Shown one piece after another: positions 31,135 through 41,421 of a stretch of 64,000 nucleotides of DNA. The first letter of the stretch is position 1. Each line of letters starts with the position of its first letter. The stretch comes from Candidatus Latescibacterota bacterium (GTDB taxonomy: Bacteria; Latescibacterota; UBA2968; UBA8231), in the NCBI GenBank assembly GCA_965219385.1, contig CBDCNM010000002.1:3110305-3174304 (forward strand), read 5' to 3'. The notes under the pieces are model-generated. The model worked only from the letters and a program-made list of their open reading frames with translations. It was not told the DNA's origin and made no database searches. Position numbers and translations under genes: made by a program.

Positions 31135-32694
31135 ATGCGCAAACCTAAACTGATCTACTACAACGATTCCCGCCACTACCTGATGTACCGCTTCGACCCA
31201 CCGCTGAGCCGGCACCGACTGCAAAGTCCGGTGGACGAGATCCTCGGGACGGGGGTCGACACCCTGGCGTTCGGGCTGGCGTCGGGCGCGACCTTTCTGC
31301 ACGACTCCAGGGTCGCCGACAAGTGGGGCGACTCGGTGGTCGAGCACAACCACGGCATCCTGTGGTGGCGCGCGGCCAAGAACCTCCAGACCGCCATCGC
31401 CCAGGGTCTGGACCCGCTGCAGGTCGTCGTCGACCGGGCCCATGAGAAGGACATCCAGCTCATCGCCAGCCTGCGCATCAACGACCCCGGCGCGCCCAGC
31501 GGCGCCAACCAAAACCGCTACATGCTCAACCGGCTCAAGCTGGAGCACCCCGAGTACATGATCGGCGAGGAGGATCCGGACAGGCCCGCCGTGGCCACGT
31601 GCCTCGACTTCGCCATCGATGCGGTGCGCCAGGAGCGGCTGGATCTCATCGAGGAGGTCTGCGACCGCTACGGGGCCGACGGACTTGAGATCGACGACTA
31701 CGTCCGCGTCTTCTTCAAGCCCTCGGAGGTCGAGAAAAACACGCCGCTGCTGACCGACTTCGTCAAAAGCGTCCGCCAGCTCCTGGACCGCATCGGCCAG
31801 CAGCGGGGCGAACGGCTGATGCTGGCGGCGCGCGTCCACCCCCGGGAGGACGCCAACCTCTCGGTGGGCATGGACGTGCGGACCTGGATCGAGCACAAGC
31901 TGGTGGACACCATCGTGGTCAACTCACTGGGCTGCGACCTGGACCCGGAAGCCCATTTCGGCTGGATCGCCGAGGCCGCCACCAAAAGCGGAGTCTGGGT
32001 CTACCCGCGCCTGGGCCGCATCCCTTACGATGACCGGCATCACGAGCCCCCCATCGAGATGGTCCGCGCCGCCGCCGCCAACCAGATGGCCGCCGGCGCC
32101 GACGGGCTCTACGTCTCGGACCTGCCCTGGCCGCACGGGCCCGACGAGTACCTGATCATGCGGGAGCTGGGCGATCCGGACATTTACGCCCGCAAGAACA
32201 AGCACTACTTCCCGGCGCGGGAGGACCCGAGCACTGAGCCGTGGCCGCTCGAGCGTTCCCTGCCGCTCGTCCTGGAGGAGGGCGTCCCGGCGCAGGTGCC
32301 CTTTCGCATCAGCGACGATGTCGACGCGGCCCGGGCCGAAGGCGAGCTGGAGCGTGCGACCTTGCGGGTTCGCATCGTCCAGACCGGCATGGAGGACCGG
32401 CTCAGCTTCAAGTTCAACGACGCGCTACTGACCCCTGAGCCCAGGGACATCCGCACCTTCTACGGCGGGCTGGTCAACTACAGCGCTTCCCGGAGCGGCC
32501 GAGACACCCGGATCAACACCCACTACTGGTACCAGTTCGACCTGCCGATCGACCTGGTCCGCCAGGGGACCAATCAGATCGAGGTCACCCTAAACCACAG
32601 ACTCGCCGAGCGCGTCGAGGACCGAATCCTGCACCAGGTCGAGCTCCTGATCGAGTACGCGCAGGCACCGGCGACCGCCGGGGGGCAGATGTAG
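31135..32694 (+). CDS. TIM-barrel glycoside-hydrolase-like protein (GHL10-like)
   Basis: YYNDSRH, SLRIND, LDFAIDAVR, YGADGLEIDD; paralogue of 2183..3775. Confidence 0.65.
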   Translation: MRKPKLIYYNDSRHYLMYRFDPPLSRHRLQSPVDEILGTGVDTLAFGLASGATFLHDSRVADKWGDSVVEHNHGILWWRAAKNLQTAIAQGLDPLQVVVDRAHEKDIQLIASLRINDPGAPSGANQNRYMLNRLKLEHPEYMIGEEDPDRPAVATCLDFAIDAVRQERLDLIEEVCDRYGADGLEIDDYVRVFFKPSEVEKNTPLLTDFVKSVRQLLDRIGQQRGERLMLAARVHPREDANLSVGMDVRTWIEHKLVDTIVVNSLGCDLDPEAHFGWIAEAATKSGVWVYPRLGRIPYDDRHHEPPIEMVRAAAANQMAAGADGLYVSDLPWPHGPDEYLIMRELGDPDIYARKNKHYFPAREDPSTEPWPLERSLPLVLEEGVPAQVPFRISDDVDAARAEGELERATLRVRIVQTGMEDRLSFKFNDALLTPEPRDIRTFYGGLVNYSASRSGRDTRINTHYWYQFDLPIDLVRQGTNQIEVTLNHRLAERVEDRILHQVELLIEYAQAPATAGGQM

Positions 32695-32817
32695 GGGAGG
32701 GGGCTGTTTCCGCGTCGATCGGCATTTTCTTTTCTGGACATTCTCCTGCTGGTTTTCATATCTTCATACCATTCACAATGGTTGGCCCGGGTTTACTTTA
32801 CTCATAAAGGCATACTC

Positions 32818-33606
32818 ATGAACGAGGACGAACGCTATTTATTCGATTTGAACGGCTATCTGGTCGTAGGAGGGGTACTCACCCCGGACGAAGTCGCCCG
32901 CTGCAATGCTGCCATCGATCACCACGGCGACCAGCTCACAGCCATGGATCGCTCGCTGGCGGGCGATTCGCCGGCCCTTGCGGGCACCTCCCGCCGCCGG
33001 GATCTGAGCGGCATGCTGCAGTGGGAAAAGCCCTGGTGCGAACCCTTCCGGCACATGCTGGCCCACCCTGGCATTGCGCCCTATCTCAATCAAATCCTGG
33101 GCGAGGGCTACCGGCTGGATCACGGACCCGGCCTGATCGCCCAGGACGAGGGCTGCGAAGGCGGCACCCTGCACCACGGCGGTGCCGAGGCCGCGAATTT
33201 CTCGCTGGCGTATTTTTTCAAGGATGACCGCATTTATACCGGCCTGACGGTGGTGGAGTACATACTGGCCGACGAAGGCCCCGGCGATGGGGGCGTGGCC
33301 GTCATTCCGGGCAGCCACAAGTCCAACCTGCCCTGCCCGCAGAGCATTAAACGGGGCCAGGAGTACCAGGAGCACGTGCTCGAAGTCAATGCCAGGGCAG
33401 GAGATGCGGTCATTTTCACCGAGGCCCTGACCCACGGCACCCTGCCGTGGAAGGCCAAACACCAGCGCCGCGCCCTGCTCTACAAGTTCAGCCCGGGCTA
33501 CCAGGCCTTTAGCGGTGGCGCTCACACCATCACCTACTCCGATTACATTGAGGACATGTCCGAGGAGCAACGCGCCGTCATGCAGGCGCCGCATTACCGC
33601 CGCTGA
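32818..33606 (+). CDS. PhyH family dioxygenase with HxG motif
   Basis: FDLNGYLVV, LHHGG, GGVAVIPGSHK, LTHGT...RR. Confidence 0.85.
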   Translation: MNEDERYLFDLNGYLVVGGVLTPDEVARCNAAIDHHGDQLTAMDRSLAGDSPALAGTSRRRDLSGMLQWEKPWCEPFRHMLAHPGIAPYLNQILGEGYRLDHGPGLIAQDEGCEGGTLHHGGAEAANFSLAYFFKDDRIYTGLTVVEYILADEGPGDGGVAVIPGSHKSNLPCPQSIKRGQEYQEHVLEVNARAGDAVIFTEALTHGTLPWKAKHQRRALLYKFSPGYQAFSGGAHTITYSDYIEDMSEEQRAVMQAPHYRR

Positions 33607-33618
33607 GGCTTATAGCCC

Positions 33619-34467
33619 ATGCCCATGCTCGCGCCGGAAGAGGCGCTGTGCAAACGCGACGAACTGATAGAACTGGGCTATACCATGGTCCCCGGCGTCC
33701 TGCAAAACCCCCTGCTGGACGAGTTGCGCACCTGGTCCCACGAGGTGTTCGAGCGTTTGCCCGTCGATCCTAAATACCGCTATCAGGGCAGCGACATCCA
33801 CGTGTACACCGAGCGTCTGTGGAAAACCCGGGCCGCTCTGAAAGCCGATGAAAAGCGCTTTGCCGACCCCATTGTCGAAAGGATCATCGACTACCCGGCC
33901 CAGCAGGAAGCCTGCCGGCTGCTGCAGCTCGAGGACCTGGCGTCTCACGACGTGATCATCCTGCTGTCCAAACCGGCCTACGGCCCGCCGCTCTACTGGC
34001 ACCAGGACTACATGAACTGGAACAGTCCGGCAGCGGCCACGCCCTGGCCCACGGTGGTTTTCCTTTCCTACTACCTGAGCGACACGAACCGCGAAAATGG
34101 CTGTCTGCGGGTTATCCCGGGCACCCACCGCAAACGCATCGACCTGCACGACATCCTGCCCGCTGCCCACGGTCCCGAAATCCAGGCCATTGACGCCCTG
34201 GACAGCCCGGTTTTCATGGACCACCCCGACGCCATCGACGTGCCCCTCAAAGCCGGCGACCTGATCATCGCCGATGCGCGTCTGCTGCACGCTGCCTGGC
34301 CCAACCAGACCGCGCAGCGCCGCACCCTGGTGCTGGCCTGGCACGGGGTTTTCCCGTTCCCCGAGCCGCCGAGTTGGTGGAAAGACCCCATCCCCGCTGT
34401 GGTCAGAAACGCCGATCCCGAGGCAACCTATGAAGGGACGCGCAAACCGAGCGAGTACCTGCGCTGA
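33619..34467 (+). CDS. PhyH family dioxygenase
   Basis: WHQD, NGCLRVIPGTH, LLHAA...RR. Confidence 0.9.
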   Translation: MPMLAPEEALCKRDELIELGYTMVPGVLQNPLLDELRTWSHEVFERLPVDPKYRYQGSDIHVYTERLWKTRAALKADEKRFADPIVERIIDYPAQQEACRLLQLEDLASHDVIILLSKPAYGPPLYWHQDYMNWNSPAAATPWPTVVFLSYYLSDTNRENGCLRVIPGTHRKRIDLHDILPAAHGPEIQAIDALDSPVFMDHPDAIDVPLKAGDLIIADARLLHAAWPNQTAQRRTLVLAWHGVFPFPEPPSWWKDPIPAVVRNADPEATYEGTRKPSEYLR

Positions 34468-34746
34468 GATGCGGAAATACACAGATCGTTTGGACTCAAC
34501 CACTGGAGGATAAAATAGAGGAAATGACCGATACAACTGATTTCTTCGGGGATGAAGTGGTACTGCTCTACGATCTGGGTCCTGAGGCAGACCCTTCGAC
34601 GGACCCGCCCTCCTGGCCACGGCATCGGAAGATGGTCATCCGGCCCACTGCGTGGTTGTATACCTGAAGGCCCACGGAATTCCCTGAGAGGGAAGCACGT
34701 CGAAGCCCAAAATCTTCTTTTACACCGACGCCCGCCGCGGAGGCTC

Positions 34747-35544
34747 CTAAACCGGCAGCTCGAAGTAACCGAGTTCGGCCATGCGCTCCAGCCAGCGCTG
34801 CCGTTTCGGGCTCACCTGTGGATTGGCCAGCCATTCAGGTGGGTAAAGAGGATCTCCGGGCCGTCCAAAATGGCCCGGCGTATCCTTCGACTGGGCTGCG
34901 CGTTTGCGCGTGACCGCCTCTTCTGCCTTTCCCCTGGGATTGTTGTAGTACACACACGTGCTCATGCGCCGGCCCGTAGCGCCGCCGTGACTGGCGTGCC
35001 AGCAGCGCATGTCGAAGGCAATCACATCGCCCGGGTTGGCCGCGCACACATAAGCAGGGACATCGGCTACGGCCAGGTCGAGTGAAGCCATGGATGCGTG
35101 CAGCTGCTCGTGGAAGACTCGATTGTGAGAGCCTGGGATGAGCCGAAGGGCGCCCGAAGTGGCGTCGACCGGATCGAGGTAGAAGGCGAATTTCACCCCG
35201 AAGCAATCCTCTTCGGGGTCTGCTCTGTGATCGGGATGCCAGGAGGTGTCGCCCACGTACCGATTGGCGTCGGCGCCGATACCGATCACGTCGTCGCCGT
35301 ACAGCTGCTCGGCGATACTGCAAAAGCGCTCGTCTTCGAGGAGACTGGCGTAGAGCGGGGTGCGCGGATGCAGCATCATAGTCCAGTAGCGTTTCTCGCC
35401 GGTGAACGGCTGGTCGAGGTATACGTAGTTGAGCCCGGCTTCGTATTCGCGGCGCAGGGTTTCGACCTCTTCAGGCGTGAACAGGTGGCGCAAAATAATG
35501 AATCCGAAGGTTTCGAAGTGCTGCAATTGTAGTTGTGTGAGCAT
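34747..35544 (-). CDS. PhyH family dioxygenase
   Basis: WHPD, GALRLIPGSH, WHAS...RR. Confidence 0.9.
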   Translation of the reverse strand: MLTQLQLQHFETFGFIILRHLFTPEEVETLRREYEAGLNYVYLDQPFTGEKRYWTMMLHPRTPLYASLLEDERFCSIAEQLYGDDVIGIGADANRYVGDTSWHPDHRADPEEDCFGVKFAFYLDPVDATSGALRLIPGSHNRVFHEQLHASMASLDLAVADVPAYVCAANPGDVIAFDMRCWHASHGGATGRRMSTCVYYNNPRGKAEEAVTRKRAAQSKDTPGHFGRPGDPLYPPEWLANPQVSPKRQRWLERMAELGYFELPV

Positions 35545-35572
35545 GCGAATCTCCCCGGTCACAGGTGTAGAG

Positions 35573-36715
35573 CTAAAGCTCTCCCACCTCGATCTCAGCG
35601 ATGTAGATGTCGCTCTCCGATTCCTTGTAGCGGAACTCTGGAAAGTGCCTGGGGCGTACTTCTCCGGAAACATAGGCCACGTCGGAGTAGTACGACATGA
35701 TCAGCTTTCCGGGCTCCAGCGAGACCAAACCAGGATAGGACGCGTCGTAGCCCGGAGGCATCAGCACCAGCAGTTCGGCTCGATCCCGCGAAAGCCGATA
35801 CAGGCCCGTGGTGCCCGAGCGGATGAACGGGCTCTCGGCGTGGCTGAAGGTATTCTGCAGGGCGAAGGGCTTAACACCGTCCGGTCCAGGCTCCCCCAAC
35901 CCCGACCCGGCACAGCGTCCGGCCAGGTATACTTCCCCGCCGGATTCGCACATCACCGGCGCGTCGCAACCGGCGGGCAACCCCAGCTTTTCTTCCCATT
36001 CCGCGTACGGCGGCATGGAGCAATACATCACCGCCGCATTGGTGCGCACCACGCACCACAACTCGCCGTCCGGGCGCCAGTGCAACTCCGACTCCTCGCT
36101 GCAACCGTGTGCGTCGGCAGCCGCGATCTCGGCGTGCTTGCTCCAGTGCACCCCATCGTCGCTCGCGATCAGGTCGAACGGCGTTCCTTCTTGCAGGTAA
36201 TGGAGGGCGCAATAGAACCGGCCCTCGTGCCAGCGCACCCGCCAGGTATAGGGACGGAAGCCATCGACGGTCAGAGGTTCGGGTTCCGACCATCTCACGC
36301 CGTCGGCCGTCCACGAGACGAAACTGCGGTTCTCCGGGGTCCCCGTCGGCCTGGGGGTCACCACTCGGAAGAAGGCGTAAAGCCGCTCCTCCGCGGCACA
36401 GAAGTGAGCGGTATCCACGCCACTGCCGTCGACGATCCCTCCCGGTGGTTCGAACACCTGGGCCTCGTGCCACCTTCTCAGGTCGGCGGAACGGAGGATG
36501 ACCGAGAAGGTGTTGCCGGCAATCCGTCCTGTCGTGTTGCGCGCGAGCCCGTGGGACAGGCCGCGGAAATGGGCCAGCCAGAAATACTCCTTCCACCAGA
36601 TCAGGTCCGTCCACGCATTGTACCAGCCGTCCCGAACCACCGGCTGTATGGACGTTACTCGGGCGTACGGACGCTTCTCCTGCCGGCCTGAATCCAGACT
36701 GTTTTGCGCGGTCAT
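35573..36715 (-). CDS. Beta-propeller sialidase/glycosidase-like protein
   Basis: 'YNAWTDL', Asp-box-like repeats (TADGVRW, SDDGVHW), 'DASYPG...MSYYS'; start uncertain. Confidence 0.65.
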   Translation of the reverse strand: MTAQNSLDSGRQEKRPYARVTSIQPVVRDGWYNAWTDLIWWKEYFWLAHFRGLSHGLARNTTGRIAGNTFSVILRSADLRRWHEAQVFEPPGGIVDGSGVDTAHFCAAEERLYAFFRVVTPRPTGTPENRSFVSWTADGVRWSEPEPLTVDGFRPYTWRVRWHEGRFYCALHYLQEGTPFDLIASDDGVHWSKHAEIAAADAHGCSEESELHWRPDGELWCVVRTNAAVMYCSMPPYAEWEEKLGLPAGCDAPVMCESGGEVYLAGRCAGSGLGEPGPDGVKPFALQNTFSHAESPFIRSGTTGLYRLSRDRAELLVLMPPGYDASYPGLVSLEPGKLIMSYYSDVAYVSGEVRPRHFPEFRYKESESDIYIAEIEVGEL

Positions 36716-36841
36716 TGGTTCACTCCTGGTTTGGCCTTCTCCGGCTGCCGGCTCCTGCGCTGACTTTTCCAGTATTTGCGTGGTCTGTTGGGGCAAAAAT
36801 TAATCTCTGCTTTCCCGTCTGTCAATCTGTCATCGCGGCAA

Positions 36842-37702
36842 TCACCACTGCACATCCATCATGTCGCACGCCCAGAACAGCGGTCCGTCGTACACGCTCT
36901 TGATCTCGGCAATGCCCTGGGTGGTCTCTTCGGGAGGGTCGAGCGTAATCGACTGGTGGTTTATCACCAACCGCTTCGCGCCCGCTTCGGCGGCCAGGCG
37001 CCCTGCGCTCAAGGTGCCGCTCTCGGAGATGACGCTCGGATAGGTCTGGATCTTCTCTTCCCGGTGTACGGCTTCCATCACGAACAGATCCGCATCTCTG
37101 GCCAATTCTACCACGGATTCGATCGGCGCTGTATCGCCGCTGAAGGCGACGACGCCTTCGTCGGTCTCGAAACGAAAGCCATAACACTCGATGTAGGGTT
37201 GGGCGTGTTTGACCTCCCAGGCGCGACAGGTCCAACCCTTGCCCTGGGCCACTTTGCCCTCGGAATATTCGGTCACCTGCACCACGGGTGCCGGCCGTTC
37301 CCCCTTGCCGCCGCGACTGTGGAAGGCGTGAACGCTCATCGGGTGATTGGTGCGCGCTTCGACATCGTACCAGAATACCCCATGAGGGCTCCACATCGAG
37401 TCGGTGATTTTCTTAATCGGAGTGGGACCGCGCACCTGCAGATCTTTCTCCGTGCCGATGGACTGGTCGAATCGAGTCATCAGGAAGCAGAGGTAATCGG
37501 AGATATGGTCGGAGTGCAGGTGAGTGAAGAACAGGTCGTGCACCGAAGTGCAGGGAATACCCATGCGGTGCATCTTGTAGGTCGAAGCAGGCCCGCAGTC
37601 GATCATCAAGCGCTGGCCACAGATTTCGAGAATGAAACAGGTGCCCCAGCGGTCTCGCATGGGTGTCGGGGTGCCCGCCCCGACGATTCTCAGTTGCGGC
37701 AT
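36842..37702 (-). CDS. MBL-fold metallo-hydrolase (RNase Z / AtsA-like)
   Basis: IDCG, THLHSDH, FSGDT. Confidence 0.88.
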   Translation of the reverse strand: MPQLRIVGAGTPTPMRDRWGTCFILEICGQRLMIDCGPASTYKMHRMGIPCTSVHDLFFTHLHSDHISDYLCFLMTRFDQSIGTEKDLQVRGPTPIKKITDSMWSPHGVFWYDVEARTNHPMSVHAFHSRGGKGERPAPVVQVTEYSEGKVAQGKGWTCRAWEVKHAQPYIECYGFRFETDEGVVAFSGDTAPIESVVELARDADLFVMEAVHREEKIQTYPSVISESGTLSAGRLAAEAGAKRLVINHQSITLDPPEETTQGIAEIKSVYDGPLFWACDMMDVQW

Positions 37703-37832
37703 CTTTACAAACTCCCGGTGAAAGCGATCTCGCATCGCTAAAATGACGGGCGGCCGGGCCGACCAGCCGCCGCCGGTGGGGTCCTCGACATCCACAATTC
37801 CGAATCTGTTCAGAACCCTCGGCGATCACAGG

Positions 37833-38894
37833 TCAATCGGCGTCGTAGAACCACTCGAGCGGCAGGACCTGCAGGCCGGGGGTGCCCTTCGTACCGGCCC
37901 GCTCCGGGAGCGGAACCTCTCCCACAAGTTCCCTGACACTTTCATGGTCACACAGCCTGTAGAAACAGTAAGCCACTACCACGAAGCCTCCCACGGTGGA
38001 GAGGCGAGGGTAGCTGGCGTGGGCAAAGTCCGCGGGAATGTGGGGCACAAGGGGATCGCAGCGGACCCACCCAGGCTCCGGGGCCGGGACCCGCGGATAG
38101 GGGGGCACCCCGTTGGCCTCCAGGCAGCGGAAGTGCTTCCAGGTCCGGCAGGAATCCGAACTGATCGCTGCACTCAAGCGCGCCCGCCAGAGCCCCTGGC
38201 GGATCTCCTCCGCCGAGGTCTGGGTCCACACCAGCAACACGTCGTCCGTGCCGGGGATTCGTACCGCGTCCGCCGGGGCACAGCCGGCGGCCAGACCGGT
38301 GGGCTCGGGCTGCGACCAGGTGACCCCTTCGTCGATGGAGACGCTTTTGAACAACTGCCCCAGCTCCGTCCGTCCGATGAGAACCACGGACCCGTCAGGG
38401 GCCACCACGCTGGTCACCTCGTCGAAGCTGCCGATGGGCCCGGCGCCGTAGTCCATGCAGACGAAGAGCTCCCCGTCCTGGTTCCGCTGCCAGGTTTCCC
38501 CTTCGTCGTCGGTGTAGGACACAAAGGCGAAATCCAGGCTGACCTCGTGGGTGTGGCCCTCCAGTTCCACCAGCCGGCCCATCATGTAACCTTTGCCCGG
38601 ATCGACCAGGGCCCGACGCGCCCCCGAACGCGGGTCCAGGAAGGTGTGGGCCATTTGCCACGCCCGGGGTTTGATGAGACGACCCGAGGGAAGCACCACA
38701 GGGCGGGTCTGCGCTGTGCCGGCGCCGGTGGTCGGGTCATCCGGGTCAGTCCGGTACTGGGGTGGCGACCAGGTATGACCGCCATCGGTGCTGTGGGATT
38801 GGCGAATGAAATGTTCGTCATAACAATCCCGGAATAAGATGACCAATTTCCCGCTGGCGCATTCGACGACGTGGCATTCATCGTAGGTCAGCAT
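37833..38894 (-). CDS. Sialidase-family (BNR/Asp-box) protein, probably N-terminally truncated
   Basis: Four Asp boxes: STDGGHTW, TDDEGETW, SIDEGVTW, SSDSCRTW. Confidence 0.7.
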   Translation of the reverse strand: MLTYDECHVVECASGKLVILFRDCYDEHFIRQSHSTDGGHTWSPPQYRTDPDDPTTGAGTAQTRPVVLPSGRLIKPRAWQMAHTFLDPRSGARRALVDPGKGYMMGRLVELEGHTHEVSLDFAFVSYTDDEGETWQRNQDGELFVCMDYGAGPIGSFDEVTSVVAPDGSVVLIGRTELGQLFKSVSIDEGVTWSQPEPTGLAAGCAPADAVRIPGTDDVLLVWTQTSAEEIRQGLWRARLSAAISSDSCRTWKHFRCLEANGVPPYPRVPAPEPGWVRCDPLVPHIPADFAHASYPRLSTVGGFVVVAYCFYRLCDHESVRELVGEVPLPERAGTKGTPGLQVLPLEWFYDAD

Positions 38895-39354
38895 GGGCGC
38901 GCCACTCGTCGACCTGCGCCAGCGCCACGAATCGATCGGGGAAGTTGCGCACGCACCCGGCGAGATAATCGTCGAGCCTGCCGTAGATGCGGTCGTGTTG
39001 CAGCACCGCCCGGTCGACGTTGACGTAGTCCATTTGCGCGACCATGTATTCCGGCGACGAGGACATGTCCCACAGCGTCGGTGGCATCCACTGGATATAG
39101 TAGTCCTCGCCGTCGACGGTGAATTCGACGCGCCCGAAGCGGCCGATGCGAAAGTCGACATCCGGCAAGAAGGAGACGCCATCGCCCTGGCCCGCCAGCA
39201 GCGGGTCGTCGATCCTGGCATTGTCCCGGGTGCGGCGGATGCCCTGCTTGTGAAAGCGGACGTGGTACTGGTGCTCTGCGAGGCGGGACTGCACGATGCC
39301 CCGGTCCTGGCCGAGGGGCGGGAAGCAATGGGCGTGTGCGTCGAAAAGGGCCAT
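38878..39354 (-). pseudogene. Amidohydrolase N-terminal half, truncated
   Basis: FDAHAH, MDYVNVDRAVLQ, FPDRF then abrupt end overlapping the sialidase-like ORF. Confidence 0.7.
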
Positions 39355-39394
39355 CGGGCTAATCCTCTTTCGTCATTTACTCATGGATGGGCCG

Positions 39395-41341
39395 CTAAGC
39401 TGTTGCCCAGGGCAGATCGTAGGAGGGCGCGTTGACGAACCGCTTCATGCCCAGATCCAGCCTGATCTGCGAGCCCGGCTCGAGCGCGACCCGGAAGCAG
39501 CGAGCGTTTATCTCTACTTCGTGGTCTTCGATTTCACCAGCCATCCCCGCCTCGTAATTCTCCTCGTCCAGCCAGTCCGCCCTGCTGAACACATCGTGAC
39601 TCTGACCACCCGCCAGGGTCTGGAAGCGCGCCCTGGTGAACTGGTGTTCGCCGAAGGCGCCGGCCTGGACCACCACTTCGCGCGCCTCCACCGCGCTCAG
39701 GTTGACCAGTTGCACCACTGCGCCCTCCGGCTCCAGCTTTTCCACCAGCGCCCCCACGTCCCGGGGCAGGCCCGGCCGCTGGCGCTGCCAGTCGAAGTAG
39801 CGCAGCCGCACCAAAAGCAACCCACCGTTGAAATTGAACAGCGGCCCGCCCATGGTCAGCTGCACCAGGCCTTCGGTGGTGATCGGATTGCGCACCTGCA
39901 GGTAGTGATCCCCGTAGGTCATGGGGTCCTGCTCGTCGTGGGCCATGTAGGCCAGCCGCTGGTACACCTGGGCGTGATTGTAGCGCAGGATCTGTTCCGG
40001 ATAGTCGGGGAACTCGCCGCGCAGAAAAGCCAGCCAGGGGGCTTCGTGACCGCCGCGATCCTTGGGCGAGAGGACTACCACCTTATCCCAGTCCCGGGCC
40101 TGGTGATCGCGTTGTCGGTCGATCCGCTCCATATCGGCCGGATCCATCGAAATGCTCCACACATGGGCCATGAAGCGGGCCTGCATGGGACTGTACCCGT
40201 CCCAGCCCTTGTCGTGGTGGTAGTGGGGCGCGTGCAGGGTGCCGTTGCGGACCTGGCCGTGGCGCATCATCACGTCAATCTGCGACCGGGCCAGCTCCAT
40301 GTATTTCTGATCGCCGGATACCAGCATGGCGTTCTCGGCGCCGCTGAGCACCGCGTCGCCCATGGTGTGCCAGCCGTGGGGCCAGGTCCAGCCGTAGTAG
40401 CCGCCGTACCAGCGTCCCCCAAAGTACTCTCCCACCTGGCCCGACAACCCCACGTTGTCCGGCAGGATGCCGTCGTTGGCCGCCACCCGCTCCATCCAGG
40501 CGCCCACGTACTCCTCCACCCAATGCTTGCATTTTTCGTCCCCGGTGAACAGGTAGGCGTTGGCGACCATGCTGGTGGCCGCCAGGTTGGCGGCACAGTC
40601 GCCCCGGGAGAAGCGTTCCACCACGGCCTGCCCCATCCGGTCCTCGATCTCTGGATCCTGGAGATCCTCGACCGACTCGCAGCCGGGAACATCGTAGAAG
40701 GGCAGGGGCCACTTCGCCCAGTTTTCATAGCGGTACCTGGTGTAGTAACGCTCGAAGTTTCGCTGCGCCGGCCCTTTGCTGCCGTTGTGGGGGGATTTGA
40801 TGATTTTGTGCTGCTCGTCGTAGTTTTGCGCCTCGGGATCCTCGTTCAGGTAGAATCCGGCGAAGCGTCGGGCCCGCCGGCGGTTGGTGGTGTTGGTCGG
40901 ATCGGCCATGCACAGCAGGTAGAAAAACACGTACCCCTCTCCCTGGTGCATCCAGTCGTAGCCCTGTTCGTATTCCCTGACCACCATGGGATGGCCGTGG
41001 CCGGATTGGTAGCGGGTGAACTGCAGGGTGATGGCGTTGAATTCCCGGTTCGCCACTTCAAGCACGCGGTCGTCGCCGCCGAGCAGGTAGAACAGAGGCC
41101 AGTTGTGGAAGCTCTCGTAGGCGTCGTCCAGGCCGTCCCAGTTGGTCATCTCGTCCGTGGGCGGCCACATGGTCGAGCCGTCGCCGTGCACGTAGCGGGC
41201 CAGCACCGGTTCGATGGACCGGTTCATCAGATCGATGAGACTGCGTTCCAGAAGCGCCCACCGGGGGGGCGTTATGAAGGGAATATCCGCCGTGATCCGC
41301 ACTGATTCGTGGCTGGCGCTTTGCTCTGGTTGCTTTGCCAT
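39395..41341 (-). CDS. Uncharacterised 648-aa protein, possible (alpha/alpha) toroid enzyme
   Basis: Long ORF with strong codon bias; 'DDAYESFHNW', 'DWMHQGEG', 'GGYYGWTWPHG'. Confidence 0.65.
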   Translation of the reverse strand: MAKQPEQSASHESVRITADIPFITPPRWALLERSLIDLMNRSIEPVLARYVHGDGSTMWPPTDEMTNWDGLDDAYESFHNWPLFYLLGGDDRVLEVANREFNAITLQFTRYQSGHGHPMVVREYEQGYDWMHQGEGYVFFYLLCMADPTNTTNRRRARRFAGFYLNEDPEAQNYDEQHKIIKSPHNGSKGPAQRNFERYYTRYRYENWAKWPLPFYDVPGCESVEDLQDPEIEDRMGQAVVERFSRGDCAANLAATSMVANAYLFTGDEKCKHWVEEYVGAWMERVAANDGILPDNVGLSGQVGEYFGGRWYGGYYGWTWPHGWHTMGDAVLSGAENAMLVSGDQKYMELARSQIDVMMRHGQVRNGTLHAPHYHHDKGWDGYSPMQARFMAHVWSISMDPADMERIDRQRDHQARDWDKVVVLSPKDRGGHEAPWLAFLRGEFPDYPEQILRYNHAQVYQRLAYMAHDEQDPMTYGDHYLQVRNPITTEGLVQLTMGGPLFNFNGGLLLVRLRYFDWQRQRPGLPRDVGALVEKLEPEGAVVQLVNLSAVEAREVVVQAGAFGEHQFTRARFQTLAGGQSHDVFSRADWLDEENYEAGMAGEIEDHEVEINARCFRVALEPGSQIRLDLGMKRFVNAPSYDLPWATA

Positions 41342-41421
41342 GATGATTTATCCTTGGCTGATTTGGTCTGGGGTTGAACCGTTCCCGCAGCTGTATGGAC
41401 ACCTGATTTAGCGGACAAATA

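Noticed and set aside
34522..34668. Short ORF MTDTTDFFG...WLYT with GAGG upstream
   Set aside because: Under 50 aa, no recognisable motif; cannot be supported
39296..41305. Long antisense ORFs (e.g. 39296..41305 +, 5397..7100 -, 19045..20661 +, 15712..17382 +)
   Set aside because: Shadow frames of high-GC genes; the opposite strand carries the recognisable motifs
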